The notes: generated by a model not told the origin, from the sequence alone. Positions 1 through 9,468 are shown, numbered from the stretch's first letter. The stretch is 32,000 nucleotides of DNA from Marinifilaceae bacterium (GCA_049671745.1 JBATVL010000081.1:16247-48246); one strand, 5' to 3'. Translations and numbers: made by a program.

Positions 1-2
1 TG

Positions 3-152
3 GAGAAATATGCTAATACTTCTGGAGGGACATTACCTATTCTTTTAGATGAAGTTAATAGAGCGGGTAAAATAAAGAATGGTGATGTTGTTTTATTTGC
101 TGCAGTTGGATCGGGCTGGACTTATGGTGCATCTATAATAAAATGGGGATAG
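3..152 (+). CDS. 3-oxoacyl-ACP synthase III (FabH/KAS III-like), C-terminal fragment; the gene continues upstream of the window
   Basis: The frame starting at nt 3 is open from the window edge: EKYANTSGGTLPILLDEVNRAGKIKNGDVVLFAAVGSGWTYGASIIKWG*. This has the conserved FabH C-terminal pattern (NTS..[ST][IL]P..L ... G.G[FW][ST][WY]G). Stop TAG is at 150-152, 4 nt before the next ATG. Confidence 0.75.
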   Translation, partial: EKYANTSGGTLPILLDEVNRAGKIKNGDVVLFAAVGSGWTYGASIIKWG

Positions 153-156
153 ATTT

Positions 157-837
157 ATGGATATAATAATCACAGGGGCATCTAGAGGTATAGGTGCTTA
201 TTTGTTTGAACATTTAGAGAGTGAGACTAATAGGGTTTATGGTACGTATAATTCTTCTTCTGAAACGAATAGTAAGTTTCTTTATAAACTTGATATTAGG
301 GATGAAAATGAGGTTCAAAAATGGATTGATTCTTTAGATCTAGGAAGGGATGTTGTTTTAATTAATTGTGCAGGTATCACTTACAATAAATTTGCACATA
401 AATCGGATATGCAGTCTTGGCGTAATGTTATTGACGTTAATTTAATTGGTACATTTAATGTTATTCATAAGATATTACCACTTATGAGAGAGAATATGTT
501 TGGTAGAATTATAAACTTTTCTTCTATTGCTGCTCAGGTTGGAACTCCAGGTGTTAGTGCTTATGCTGCTTCAAAATCAGCTCTTTGGGGTTTATCTAAA
601 ACTATAGCTGTTGAAAATGCATCTAAAGGTATAACTATAAATAATATCAACTTAGGATATGCTGATATTGGAATGGGAATAGATAGTGTTCCTGCTTCTT
701 TTAAGAATCAGATACGAGAAAGGATTCCTAATAAAGAATTTTGTGACCCTAGTCAAATTTTAAATACAGTTAATTATTTAATAAGTAATAACTATGTTAA
801 TGGTACTGGTATAGATATTAATGGTGGATTATATTAA
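157..837 (+). CDS. Short-chain dehydrogenase/reductase, 3-oxoacyl-ACP reductase (FabG)-like
   Basis: 226-aa ORF. It has the N-terminal Rossmann motif TGASRGIG, NCAGI (NNAG-type) and the catalytic S...YAASKSAL (YxxxK). It sits 4 nt after the FabH-like gene. Confidence 0.8.
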   Translation: MDIIITGASRGIGAYLFEHLESETNRVYGTYNSSSETNSKFLYKLDIRDENEVQKWIDSLDLGRDVVLINCAGITYNKFAHKSDMQSWRNVIDVNLIGTFNVIHKILPLMRENMFGRIINFSSIAAQVGTPGVSAYAASKSALWGLSKTIAVENASKGITINNINLGYADIGMGIDSVPASFKNQIRERIPNKEFCDPSQILNTVNYLISNNYVNGTGIDINGGLY

Positions 838-921
838 TGTTTCAACAGCAAAATAATGTTTATGTTTAATGTAAAACCATGAATAAGTAATAGTCAAATT
901 AGAACTTTAGAATAATTATTG

Positions 922-929
922 TAGTTTTG
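922..929 (+). promoter_or_regulatory. Candidate Bacteroidota -7 promoter box (TAnnTTTG)
   Basis: TAGTTTTG lies 28 nt upstream of the aminotransferase ATG at 957, inside the 119-bp gap. Chance matches are common in AT-rich DNA. Confidence 0.3.
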
Positions 930-956
930 TGTTGGTGTAAATTGATAAGGTGACTT

Positions 957-2123
957 ATGAAAGAAATATATGTAACGCAACCTTCCTTACCAGATTTGGG
1001 AGAGTTTAATGAATTATTGTCTGATATTTGGGATAGAAAAATCTTAACAAATAATGGATATTATCATCAGTTATTAGAAGAAGAGTTAGCGAAATATCTT
1101 AACGTTAAGTATGTGAGTTTATTTTCTAACGGAACTCTTGCTCTTATGGTAGCTTTGAAGGTATTGGATGTGGGGGGTGAAGTAATTACCACTCCATATA
1201 GTTTTGTTGCAACATCTCATTCTATATTATGGAATGGATGTGAACCTGTCTTTTGTGATACTGAAAAAGATTCTTATAATATAGATGCTGATAAAATAGA
1301 ATCATTGATAACAAGTAAAACTACTGCCATAATGCCTGTTCATGTTTATGGTATTCCATGCGACAATAGAAAAATAGAAGCTATAGCGAAAAAACATAAT
1401 TTAAAAGTAATATATGATGCAGCTCATGCTTTTGGTGTAGAAAAGAATGGAGAGTCTATATTGAATTATGGTGATTTGTCTATATTGAGCTTTCATGCAA
1501 CTAAAGTCTTTAATACTATTGAAGGGGGAGCTATTGTCTCTCATGATATAGAAACTAAGAATAAGATAGATAAGTTAAAGAATTTTGGTATTGTTGATGA
1601 AACAACTATTGAAGCCTGTGGTATTAATGCTAAGATGAATGAATTACAGGCAGCTTTTGGTTTGTTGCAACTTAAAAAAATTGATTGCTCTATAGAAAAA
1701 AGAAAGTTGATATTTCATAAATATAAACTTTGTTTAAAAGGGATAAAGGGTATTAAACTTTTAGATATTAGTGAGGATTTAAATTATAATTATTCTTATT
1801 TTCCTATTTCAATCGATGTAAAAGAATATAATTGTTCAAGAGATAATTTATATGAGGAATTGAAAGAGAATGGGATTTTTGCAAGAAAATATTTCTATCC
1901 TCTTATTTCTGATTTTGAAGTATATAAAAATTGTAAGAAATCTGATCTTACTCAGGCTAAATTGATTTCTGATAATGTACTTTGCCTACCTTTATATGAG
2001 AATCTAACGGATCTTGATATTGAATTAATAACAGGTGTCATTTGGTCTTTTCAGTTAACATCTACAAAGAATAATTTAAAGAAACCTTTTGCGTTAAATG
2101 AATATATTGTCTTGAATAATTAA
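957..2123 (+). CDS. DegT/DnrJ/EryC1/StrS-family PLP-dependent sugar aminotransferase
   Basis: 388-aa ORF with the fold-type I sugar aminotransferase layout: VITTPYSFVATS, MPVHVYG, YDAAHAFG and the Schiff-base lysine context SFHATK. Confidence 0.85.
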   Translation: MKEIYVTQPSLPDLGEFNELLSDIWDRKILTNNGYYHQLLEEELAKYLNVKYVSLFSNGTLALMVALKVLDVGGEVITTPYSFVATSHSILWNGCEPVFCDTEKDSYNIDADKIESLITSKTTAIMPVHVYGIPCDNRKIEAIAKKHNLKVIYDAAHAFGVEKNGESILNYGDLSILSFHATKVFNTIEGGAIVSHDIETKNKIDKLKNFGIVDETTIEACGINAKMNELQAAFGLLQLKKIDCSIEKRKLIFHKYKLCLKGIKGIKLLDISEDLNYNYSYFPISIDVKEYNCSRDNLYEELKENGIFARKYFYPLISDFEVYKNCKKSDLTQAKLISDNVLCLPLYENLTDLDIELITGVIWSFQLTSTKNNLKKPFALNEYIVLNN

Positions 2124-2168
2124 AACTTAGATATTATCAAGAGAAATTGATTCTTAAGTTAGAATTTT

Positions 2169-3101
2169 ATGAAAGAAAATAATATAATGCTTAGTGTGCA
2201 CATGATTACTTATAATCATGAAAAGTATATAGCAAATGCTATTGAAAGTGTAGTTAATCAGAAGACTAAATATAAGTATGAAATTATTATTGGTGAGGAT
2301 TGCTCTACTGATAATACATTGGCCATTGTAAAAGAATACAAAGAGAGATATCCTGATGTTATTAGAATAATAAGTTCTGAAACTAATGTTGGAATATTTG
2401 CAAATGTTGAGAGAGTTACGGCTGCTTGTAATGGCAAATATGTTGCTTTCTTAGAGGGTGATGATTATTGGCATAATCCTAATAAAATTGAGGTACAACT
2501 TGATTTTATGGAGAAGAATCCGGATTATGGATTTATTTCTTCTGATATAGATTATTATCATGATCGTACTGGAAAATTAGATGTAAGGCATAATCATAGA
2601 AAAAGAAGAAGAAAAAGACATGGTCTTATATTTGAAGAATTATTAAGATCAAATTTTATAAAGACTCCTACTATTTGCATTAATAAAGAACTCTTTTTGA
2701 AATGTAATGTTAGCAATCTAGGAAAAGAGAAAGGCTGGAAAATGGGTGATTACCCACAATGGCTTGAGTTATCTAAGAATACAAAGTATTATTACGAAGA
2801 TCAATCCTTGGCCACTTATAGAATATGTGAACACTCTGCAAGTCATATTCAAGATCATGAGAAGGAATTAGAATTTGATAAATCTACATTAGATATTAGA
2901 TTGTATTATATTGATAAATATAGTAACAACAAAGCATTACATATTAGAAATGCTGTAAGAGTCTATATTAGAGATTTATATAAGATTTTAAAGAAGTATA
3001 AAGAAGAAAAATATAAGTTGATTATAAAGGATGTTATATCTACTTATAATTATAAACTTACTTTTTTTGACAGAATAAAGTTTTACAAGATATTTATGTA
3101 A
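2169..3101 (+). CDS. Glycosyltransferase family 2
   Basis: 310-aa ORF. The N-terminal GT-A signature is LSVHMITYNHEKYI...YEIIIGEDCSTDNT, followed by the DxD-type FLEGDDYW. Confidence 0.8.
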   Translation: MKENNIMLSVHMITYNHEKYIANAIESVVNQKTKYKYEIIIGEDCSTDNTLAIVKEYKERYPDVIRIISSETNVGIFANVERVTAACNGKYVAFLEGDDYWHNPNKIEVQLDFMEKNPDYGFISSDIDYYHDRTGKLDVRHNHRKRRRKRHGLIFEELLRSNFIKTPTICINKELFLKCNVSNLGKEKGWKMGDYPQWLELSKNTKYYYEDQSLATYRICEHSASHIQDHEKELEFDKSTLDIRLYYIDKYSNNKALHIRNAVRVYIRDLYKILKKYKEEKYKLIIKDVISTYNYKLTFFDRIKFYKIFM

Positions 3102-3118
3102 TATTAGCAATTAAAGTA

Positions 3119-3874
3119 ATGAAACTTGTTATAAATAATGCATATAAGAAGTACTATGACAAAATAAAGGAGATAACTTTCGATTTTGATTCTTTAGGTA
3201 CTTTAATTTATGATGGAAGGAATCAGATTCGAAATATTGAATTAGATGATATTATTCTTAATATTAAATCGTTTAAAAAACCAAATGTAATTAATAAACT
3301 TATCTATAAGTATTTTAGAAAATCTAAGGCTGCTCGTTCTTATGAATTTGCTAATAAACTTATCTCTTTGGATTTAAATACTCCTATAAACATAGCATAT
3401 ATTGAAACAGGAAAATTATTTTTGTCTAAGTCTTACTATATTTGTGAGTATTTTGAAAATGATTTCTCTATGTTAGAGGTTTTGGAGGAAAGGGTAGCTG
3501 ATAGAGAAAATGTCATTCGTCAGTTTGCTAATTTTACTTATTCACTTCACAAAAAGGGAGTTCTTCATTTAGATTATTCTCCCGGTAATATTCTTATAAA
3601 GAAATTAGGAGATAATTATATTTTCTCTCTTGTTGATATAAATAGAATGAAGTTTCTTGATGTATCCTTAGAGATGGGAATAAGAAACTTTTCTAAGTTA
3701 TGGAATAGTGAAGATATGTTGAAATTTATTTCTGAAGAGTATGCTAAGTTGAATAATGTTTCTTACGAATATGTATATGACTTATTGAAAGGTTATGATT
3801 CGAAGCATAAAGATAGTGTAGAAAAGAGAAAGAAGAGAAAGAAAATTATTAAGTCTATTCTCCACAAAAAATAA
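3119..3874 (+). CDS. Lipopolysaccharide kinase (InaA/Kdo/WaaP-type protein-kinase-like fold)
   Basis: 251-aa ORF. It has IKSFKKP (ATP-lysine context), RKSKAARSYEFANKL, the catalytic-loop-like HLDYSPGNILI and the metal-binding-like LVDINRM. There is no signal peptide or TM segment. Confidence 0.6.
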   Translation: MKLVINNAYKKYYDKIKEITFDFDSLGTLIYDGRNQIRNIELDDIILNIKSFKKPNVINKLIYKYFRKSKAARSYEFANKLISLDLNTPINIAYIETGKLFLSKSYYICEYFENDFSMLEVLEERVADRENVIRQFANFTYSLHKKGVLHLDYSPGNILIKKLGDNYIFSLVDINRMKFLDVSLEMGIRNFSKLWNSEDMLKFISEEYAKLNNVSYEYVYDLLKGYDSKHKDSVEKRKKRKKIIKSILHKK

Positions 3875-3880
3875 ATAATT

Positions 3881-4693
3881 ATGAAAGTATCTGTTATTAT
3901 AAGTACTTATAATAATCCTAAATGGCTAGAAAAGGTATTGTGCGGATTGTCATTTCAGGAATATAAAGATTTTGAAGTTCTTATTGCAGACGATGGCTCT
4001 AAAGAGGATACTAAAACTCTTGTTGAAGAGTGTAGAAAAAAATATAGTTTAGATATTAAGCATGTTTGGCATGAAGATTTGGGATTTAGAAAAACTGCTA
4101 TTCTAAATAAGGCTGTAAAGCAATCTACTGGTGATTATATAATATTTACCGATGGTGATTGTATTCCTAGAAGGGATTTTATAAAAACTCATGTGGATAA
4201 TTCAGAAAAGGGATATTTCCTTTCTGGAGGAGCTTTTCGTTTGCCTATGAATGTTAGTGAACTTATTTCTGAAGATGATATAAAAACAGCAAAGGCTTTT
4301 AATATAAAGTGGCTGAAACAGGCTGGTGTTCCTTGCTCATTTAAGTTGTCTAAATTACTTAAGAGTAAGTGTCTTACATTTTTGCTTAATGCGATGACTC
4401 CTACCAAGGCTACATGGAATGGTGGTAATGCTTCTACTTGGAGAGAGTATCTTGTTGAATTAAATGGCTTTAATGAAGACATGCATTATGGCGCTGAGGA
4501 TAGGGAGTTTGGTAGTCGTCTAAAGAATTTTAATATTAAATCTAAACAAATAAGATATTCTGCTATTTGTATTCATCTAGAACATTCTAGAGGATATGTC
4601 AATAAAGAACATTTGAATGAGAATAAATCTATTTGGAAAGAAGCTATAAATAATAAAATTATAAAAATTTCTAACGGAATTGAAAAATTATAA
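3881..4693 (+). CDS. Glycosyltransferase family 2 (with a galactosyltransferase-like C-terminal region)
   Basis: 270-aa ORF with VSVIISTYNNPKWLEKVL, VLIADDGSKEDT, the DxD FTDGDCIP and NGGNASTWREYLVELNGFNEDM..GAEDREFGSRL. Confidence 0.8.
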   Translation: MKVSVIISTYNNPKWLEKVLCGLSFQEYKDFEVLIADDGSKEDTKTLVEECRKKYSLDIKHVWHEDLGFRKTAILNKAVKQSTGDYIIFTDGDCIPRRDFIKTHVDNSEKGYFLSGGAFRLPMNVSELISEDDIKTAKAFNIKWLKQAGVPCSFKLSKLLKSKCLTFLLNAMTPTKATWNGGNASTWREYLVELNGFNEDMHYGAEDREFGSRLKNFNIKSKQIRYSAICIHLEHSRGYVNKEHLNENKSIWKEAINNKIIKISNGIEKL

Positions 4694-4696
4694 ATA

Positions 4697-5467
4697 ATGG
4701 GTATGCAAGTGAAATTATCTGCAACTATAATGACCCTTAATAATGAGAGAGATTTAGCTCTTTGTATAGAATCTCTTTTACCTTTAGCTGATGAGATTCT
4801 TGTAGTTGATTCTTTTTCTACAGATAAAACTGAGCTTATTTGTGCTAGATACGATAAGGTTAGATTTGTTCAGAATACTTGGTGTGGTTTTATAGGGCAA
4901 AGAAATTGGGCTTCTAATGAGGCTAAGTATGACCATATAATAGCTATGGATGCTGATGAGGCCTTGTCTGAGGAACTTCAAAATAGCATTCTTGCTGTTA
5001 AAGAAAATTGGAATGGTGAGGGGTATTATTTTAATAGATTGAATCAGCTCTGTGGTAAGTGGATGAAGCATGGTAGATGGTATCCTGATAAGAAGATGCG
5101 TTTATATGATAGAAAGACAGTTAAAACAGTAGGTACTGAACCTCATGGTTATTTTATAGCAGCAGATGGTTCTATGGGATCTTTTCTAAAGGGAGATCTT
5201 TTACATTATTGTTATCCAACTCTTGCTGAATTTGTTGAAAAAAACAATTCCTATACTACTTGGTTTGCAGAGGATGCCTATAAAAAAGGAAAGAAGATTT
5301 CTATATTTGAGATGATTCTTAAAACAAAATGGAGATTCTTTAGAGATTATTTCTTGAAGATGGGTTTTAGGAACGGATATCTTGGATTAGTTTCTACTGT
5401 TATAGAATCTGCAAATGTTTTTATTAAATATGCAAAGCTTAAAGATGAATATAAAAAATATGAATAA
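4697..5467 (+). CDS. Glycosyltransferase family 2, WaaE/KdtX-like LPS-core type
   Basis: 256-aa ORF with SATIMTLNNERDLALCIESL..ADEILVVDSFSTDKT...W.GF.GQRNWA...IIAMDADEALSEEL. This is the typical layout of KdtX/WaaE-type GT2 enzymes. Confidence 0.75.
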   Translation: MGMQVKLSATIMTLNNERDLALCIESLLPLADEILVVDSFSTDKTELICARYDKVRFVQNTWCGFIGQRNWASNEAKYDHIIAMDADEALSEELQNSILAVKENWNGEGYYFNRLNQLCGKWMKHGRWYPDKKMRLYDRKTVKTVGTEPHGYFIAADGSMGSFLKGDLLHYCYPTLAEFVEKNNSYTTWFAEDAYKKGKKISIFEMILKTKWRFFRDYFLKMGFRNGYLGLVSTVIESANVFIKYAKLKDEYKKYE

Positions 5468-6584
5468 TATTCCTTTTAATAAACCTGTTGTTCTTGAGAA
5501 CGAGAATAAATATATAGCAGAAGCTATTAGTGGTGGACATATTAGTGGTGATGGTGATTTTACTAAAAGATGTACTGAGTTGTTAGCTAAAATGACAGGT
5601 GCTTTAAGGGTTATGATGACTACATCATGCTCTCATGCTCTTGATATGGCTGCAATTCTTCTTGATATAAAGGAAGGAGATGAAGTTATTATGCCTTCTT
5701 TTACATTTGTTTCTACTGCAAACGCTTTTGTTCTTAGAGGTGCAAAAATAATATTTGTTGATATTCGTCCTGATAATATGAATATTGATGAGACTAAGAT
5801 AGAATCGGCTATTACTAGTAAAACTAAAGCTATTGTTCCAGTTCATTATGCTGGTGTGGCTTGTGAAATGGATACTATAATGGCTATTGCTGAGAAGTAT
5901 AATCTCTTTGTTGTAGAGGATGCTGCTCAGGGAGTGATGTCTACATATAAGGGTAAAGCTCTTGGTTCTATTGGACATATTGGCGCTTTTTCTTTTCATG
6001 AAACAAAAAATTATACGTCCGGTGAGGGTGGTGCTTTAATTATTAATGATGAGCGTTTCTCTGACCGTGCTGAGATTATTAGAGAAAAGGGTACTAATAG
6101 ATCACAGTTCTTTAGGGGACAGATTGATAAGTATTCTTGGGTTGATATGGGTTCTAGCTTTTTGCCATCTGAACTTAATATGGCTTATCTTTATCCTCAA
6201 TTATTGGAAGCAGAAGCTATAAATAATAAACGTTTAACTCTTTGGAATAGATATAATGATAATTTAAAGAATCTTAATTCTATAGAATTGCCATTTATTC
6301 CTTCTGATTGTGTTCATAATGCTCATATGTTCTATTTAAAATTTGCTAATCTTGAAGAAAGAACAGATTTTATTAATTACATGAAAGAGAATGGAGTTTC
6401 TTGTGTATTTCACTATATCCCTCTTCATTCGGCTCTTGCTGGTAAGAAGTTTGGTGTAATGAAAGAAGATAAATATACTACTCTTGAAAGTGAGAGATTA
6501 GTTCGTCTACCTATGTATTATGAATTATCTATTGAAGATGTTGATAATATTTGTTCTCTTGTAAAAGCATACATAAATAAATAA
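5460..6584 (+). CDS. wecE: dTDP-4-amino-4,6-dideoxygalactose transaminase (WecE/RffA)
   Basis: Long runs of identity to E. coli WecE as I recall it: GDEVIMPSFTFVSTANAFVLRGAKI.FVD.RPD.MNIDET, VPVHYAGVACEMDTIMA.A.K.NLFVVEDAAQGVMSTYKG.ALG.IGHIG.FSFHETKNYT, EIIREKGTNRSQFFRGQ.DKY.W. I chose the start at ATG 5460 (MNNIPFNKP, matching the WecE N-terminus MIPFN). It overlaps the upstream stop by 8 nt. The track start at 5415 lies inside the upstream gene. Confidence 0.9.
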   Translation: MNNIPFNKPVVLENENKYIAEAISGGHISGDGDFTKRCTELLAKMTGALRVMMTTSCSHALDMAAILLDIKEGDEVIMPSFTFVSTANAFVLRGAKIIFVDIRPDNMNIDETKIESAITSKTKAIVPVHYAGVACEMDTIMAIAEKYNLFVVEDAAQGVMSTYKGKALGSIGHIGAFSFHETKNYTSGEGGALIINDERFSDRAEIIREKGTNRSQFFRGQIDKYSWVDMGSSFLPSELNMAYLYPQLLEAEAINNKRLTLWNRYNDNLKNLNSIELPFIPSDCVHNAHMFYLKFANLEERTDFINYMKENGVSCVFHYIPLHSALAGKKFGVMKEDKYTTLESERLVRLPMYYELSIEDVDNICSLVKAYINK

Positions 6585-6589
6585 AGCAT

Positions 6590-8077
6590 ATGAATTTCTC
6601 TAGATATCTATATTTTATTTTCTTTCTTTTTTTATCAAGTACTGGTTTTTCACAGATAAGTAGTGTTAAATATAAGGTTGAAGCTATTACTTCTGTCTCT
6701 TCAAATGATAATCTACCTTTTTGGTTGGTGAATAATAGAAATGGCTTAATTCCTGACAAAAGAAGTGATTTACTTTATATAGGTTTTAATAAAGATTATT
6801 CTACCTCTAAGAAATCTATAGCTTTAGATTATTCTTTCGGTTTTGATGCGGCTACTTCATATCAGTATGATAAGAAGGCTTTAATAAATCAATATTTTGC
6901 TAGTGTGAAATACGGTAAAATGCAATTGTTCGTTGGAGCTAAAAATACGGATGTCATTTATGATGGATTATCTTTTGTGAATAATTCTATTGTTATGGCT
7001 GGTAATGCTCGTAATTATCCTAAGATAGAGATTTCTAGTACTGATTATTTAAATGTGCCTTTTACTAAAGGTTGGCTTGCTGTTAAGGGGAAGTTCTCTA
7101 ATGGGTGGCTTATTGATGATAGATATTGTAGTGAAGTGATGCTTCATCATAAGAATGCATATCTTAGAATTGGTAAAGAGAAGGGATTTTCTTTTGAACT
7201 TGGTGTTGAACATTATGCGCAGTGGGGTGGTATTTCTCCTATGTTAGAAGGTGTTAAGAATAGAAGGATGCCATCTAATTTAGATGCATTTCTTAGAGTT
7301 CTTATTGCTAAAGAGGGTGGTTCATATTATAATGATATGGAGAATTCATTGGGTAATCATGTTGGACAAAATGAGATTAAGTTTAATTATAATACAGATA
7401 ATTTTGATGCTACCTTTTATATGAGAAATATGTTTGAGGATAGTAGTCAATATTTCTTGAAGTTGTTTTATAAAAGTATTAGAGATATAAAAGATATAAA
7501 TTATGGCTTATATGTGAAGATTCATAATACTAAAATTATTAAATCATTCTTGCTAGAGTATTATTCTACTATGATGCAAGGAAATACCGGTTCTCATTCT
7601 GCTGGTATTCTTGTTGGTTATGATTCTAATTTTAATAATGGTATTTATGGTTCTGGTTGGTCTAATTATGGAAGAGGATTTGGTATTCCTCTTAATTCAC
7701 CAACTAATATATCTGCAAATAAATATATATCTTTTAAAAATACAGCATTTAGAGCTTTTAATGTAGGAGTAAATGGTGAATTTAAAAATATCAGATATAA
7801 ATTTAAAGCAACATACGATTTTAATTATGGATCGGTGCATGATCGTAATGAGGGCAAAAAGGCTGAAGAGTGGATGAGTGAAGATAGATGGTATACTATT
7901 GACCCTGCACAATTTCAACAACATTATCTATTGGAGTTAATGATGCCAGAAGGTAAACTTCCTTTTGATATTTCTACAATATTTGCTCTTGATAATGGCG
8001 ATATGTACGATAATAGTTTCGGAATGATGATTAAAATAAGCAAAACAGGCTTTTTAAATAAGCTATTTAAAAGATAA
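6590..8077 (+). CDS. Secreted outer-membrane protein, probably capsule-assembly Wzi-like beta-barrel
   Basis: 495-aa ORF with an N-terminal signal peptide (YLYFIFFLFLSSTGFSQ). The early NLPFWLVNNRNGLIP motif resembles Bacteroidota Wzi-family proteins as I recall them. The composition is rich in alternating aromatic/Gly/Asn residues. The family call is from memory only. Confidence 0.45.
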   Translation: MNFSRYLYFIFFLFLSSTGFSQISSVKYKVEAITSVSSNDNLPFWLVNNRNGLIPDKRSDLLYIGFNKDYSTSKKSIALDYSFGFDAATSYQYDKKALINQYFASVKYGKMQLFVGAKNTDVIYDGLSFVNNSIVMAGNARNYPKIEISSTDYLNVPFTKGWLAVKGKFSNGWLIDDRYCSEVMLHHKNAYLRIGKEKGFSFELGVEHYAQWGGISPMLEGVKNRRMPSNLDAFLRVLIAKEGGSYYNDMENSLGNHVGQNEIKFNYNTDNFDATFYMRNMFEDSSQYFLKLFYKSIRDIKDINYGLYVKIHNTKIIKSFLLEYYSTMMQGNTGSHSAGILVGYDSNFNNGIYGSGWSNYGRGFGIPLNSPTNISANKYISFKNTAFRAFNVGVNGEFKNIRYKFKATYDFNYGSVHDRNEGKKAEEWMSEDRWYTIDPAQFQQHYLLELMMPEGKLPFDISTIFALDNGDMYDNSFGMMIKISKTGFLNKLFKR

Positions 8078-8083
8078 TTATAT

Positions 8084-9463
8084 ATGAAGAATATAGCAGT
8101 TCTTTTAGCAGGGGGAAAAGGAAATAGATTTGGTGGTAATCTTCCAAAGCAATTAATTAAAGTTGCTGGAAAAACTATTATCGAACACACAATAGAGGTT
8201 TTTCAAAAGTCTACAGATATAGACGAAATAGCAATAGTTAGTAATCCTGATTATATCTCTAATATTGAAGAGATTGTAAATAAGAACAGGTATACAAAGG
8301 TGAAGAAAATTCTTCGTGGAGGTAAAGAAAGAAGTGATTCTAGTTTAGCGGCTATTAAAGCATATGAGTTAGAATATAAAGAAGCAAACCTTATTTTTCA
8401 TGATGCTGTTCGCCCTTTTATAGAATTACCAATTATTAAAAATGTTGTTGATGCATTAAAAGAATTTAAAGCTGTTGATGTTGCTATTCCTGCTACTGAT
8501 ACTATAATAGAGGTTGATGAAAATAATGTGATATCTAATGTGCCTAATAGGGATAGTTTAAGAAGAGGACAGACTCCTCAGGCTTTTAGACTTTCTACTA
8601 TCCGTGATGCATACGATAAGGCTTTAAATGATTCTAATTTTAAAGCAACAGATGATTGTGGTGTAGTTGTTAAGTATCTACCAGAAGAGAAGATATTTGT
8701 TGTTGATGGTTCTGAAACTAATATAAAAGTGACTTACTCTCTTGATATGTTTATCGCAGATAAGTTGTTTCAATTAAAACATCTTGATTTTTCAGGTAAA
8801 GATTTATCTGATGAGTTTAAAGCTAGCGTTAAATCTAAGGTTGTTGTTGTTTTTGGAGGTTCTTATGGAATAGGTAAGGACATAGTTGATATGCTTTCTG
8901 ATTTAGGTGCTAAAGTTTTTGCTTTTAGTCGTTCTGGAACTGATACTAATGTCAAAAATAGAGAAGATGTTGCCATTGCTTTGGATCAAGTTTATAAAGA
9001 ATGTGGTAGTATTGATTATGTTGTTAATACTGCAGCAATCTTAAACAAAGAACCATTAATGAATCTTGAGGAGGACTCAATACGCAATATTATTGATGTG
9101 AATTATTTAGGTATGATTAATGTGGCTTATGAGAGTTTTAGGTATCTTAAAGAAACTAATGGTCACTTATTATTATATACTTCAAGTTCTTATACAAGAG
9201 GTCGTTCTTCTTATTCATTATATTCTTCTACAAAGGCAGCAGCAGTGAATTTTACTCAAGCTATTGCTGAGGAATGGAAGACTTTTGGAATAAAGGTTAA
9301 TTGTATTAATCCTGAGAGAACAAGAACTCCTATGAGAGTTAAGAATTTTGGTGTTGAACCTGAAGGTTCTTTATTAGAATCTAAGGAAGTTGCTAAGGTT
9401 TCAATACTTACCTTGTTAAGCGATTTTACTGGACAAGTAATTTATGTAAATAGAAATAAATAA
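8084..9463 (+). CDS. Bifunctional cytidylyltransferase (IspD/TarI-like) fused to an SDR reductase; Bcs1/Acs1-like CDP-ribitol (CDP-alditol) synthase
   Basis: 459-aa ORF. The N-terminal half has AVLLAGGKGNRFGGNLPKQ, GGKERSDS, HDAVRPF and RGQTPQAF, which are IspD-family motifs. The C-terminal half has VVVFGGSYGIG (Rossmann) and YSSTKAA (YxxxK). The same fusion architecture occurs in H. influenzae Bcs1. Confidence 0.8.
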   Translation: MKNIAVLLAGGKGNRFGGNLPKQLIKVAGKTIIEHTIEVFQKSTDIDEIAIVSNPDYISNIEEIVNKNRYTKVKKILRGGKERSDSSLAAIKAYELEYKEANLIFHDAVRPFIELPIIKNVVDALKEFKAVDVAIPATDTIIEVDENNVISNVPNRDSLRRGQTPQAFRLSTIRDAYDKALNDSNFKATDDCGVVVKYLPEEKIFVVDGSETNIKVTYSLDMFIADKLFQLKHLDFSGKDLSDEFKASVKSKVVVVFGGSYGIGKDIVDMLSDLGAKVFAFSRSGTDTNVKNREDVAIALDQVYKECGSIDYVVNTAAILNKEPLMNLEEDSIRNIIDVNYLGMINVAYESFRYLKETNGHLLLYTSSSYTRGRSSYSLYSSTKAAAVNFTQAIAEEWKTFGIKVNCINPERTRTPMRVKNFGVEPEGSLLESKEVAKVSILTLLSDFTGQVIYVNRNK

Positions 9464-9468
9464 ATATA

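Noticed and set aside
1172-1177. G6 run in the DegT-family aminotransferase, and G5 at 12597-12601
   Set aside because: These are too short for slipped-strand phase variation. The G6 run encodes an ordinary V-G-G-E segment.
2584-2623. Poly-basic run RHNHRKRRRKRHG inside the first GT2
   Set aside because: It is encoded by an AAG/AGA-rich stretch typical of AT-rich genomes. It is probably a surface loop, with no evidence of a frameshift or a separate function.
5415-5459. Upstream extension of the wecE ORF (MFLLNMQSLKMNIKN)
   Set aside because: It lies entirely within the 3' end of the upstream GT2 gene. The WecE-like N-terminus (M..IPFNKP) begins at ATG 5460, so I shortened the call.
4189-5999. 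Antisense ORFs inside the GT2 and wecE genes (4189-4482, 4784-5071 and 5625-5999, all minus strand; 95-124 aa)
   Set aside because: Each is fully embedded antisense to an ORF with clear family motifs. Their translations are low-complexity (Ser/Ile/Asn/Lys/Phe-rich) with no recognisable motif. They are most simply frame artefacts of the sense genes.
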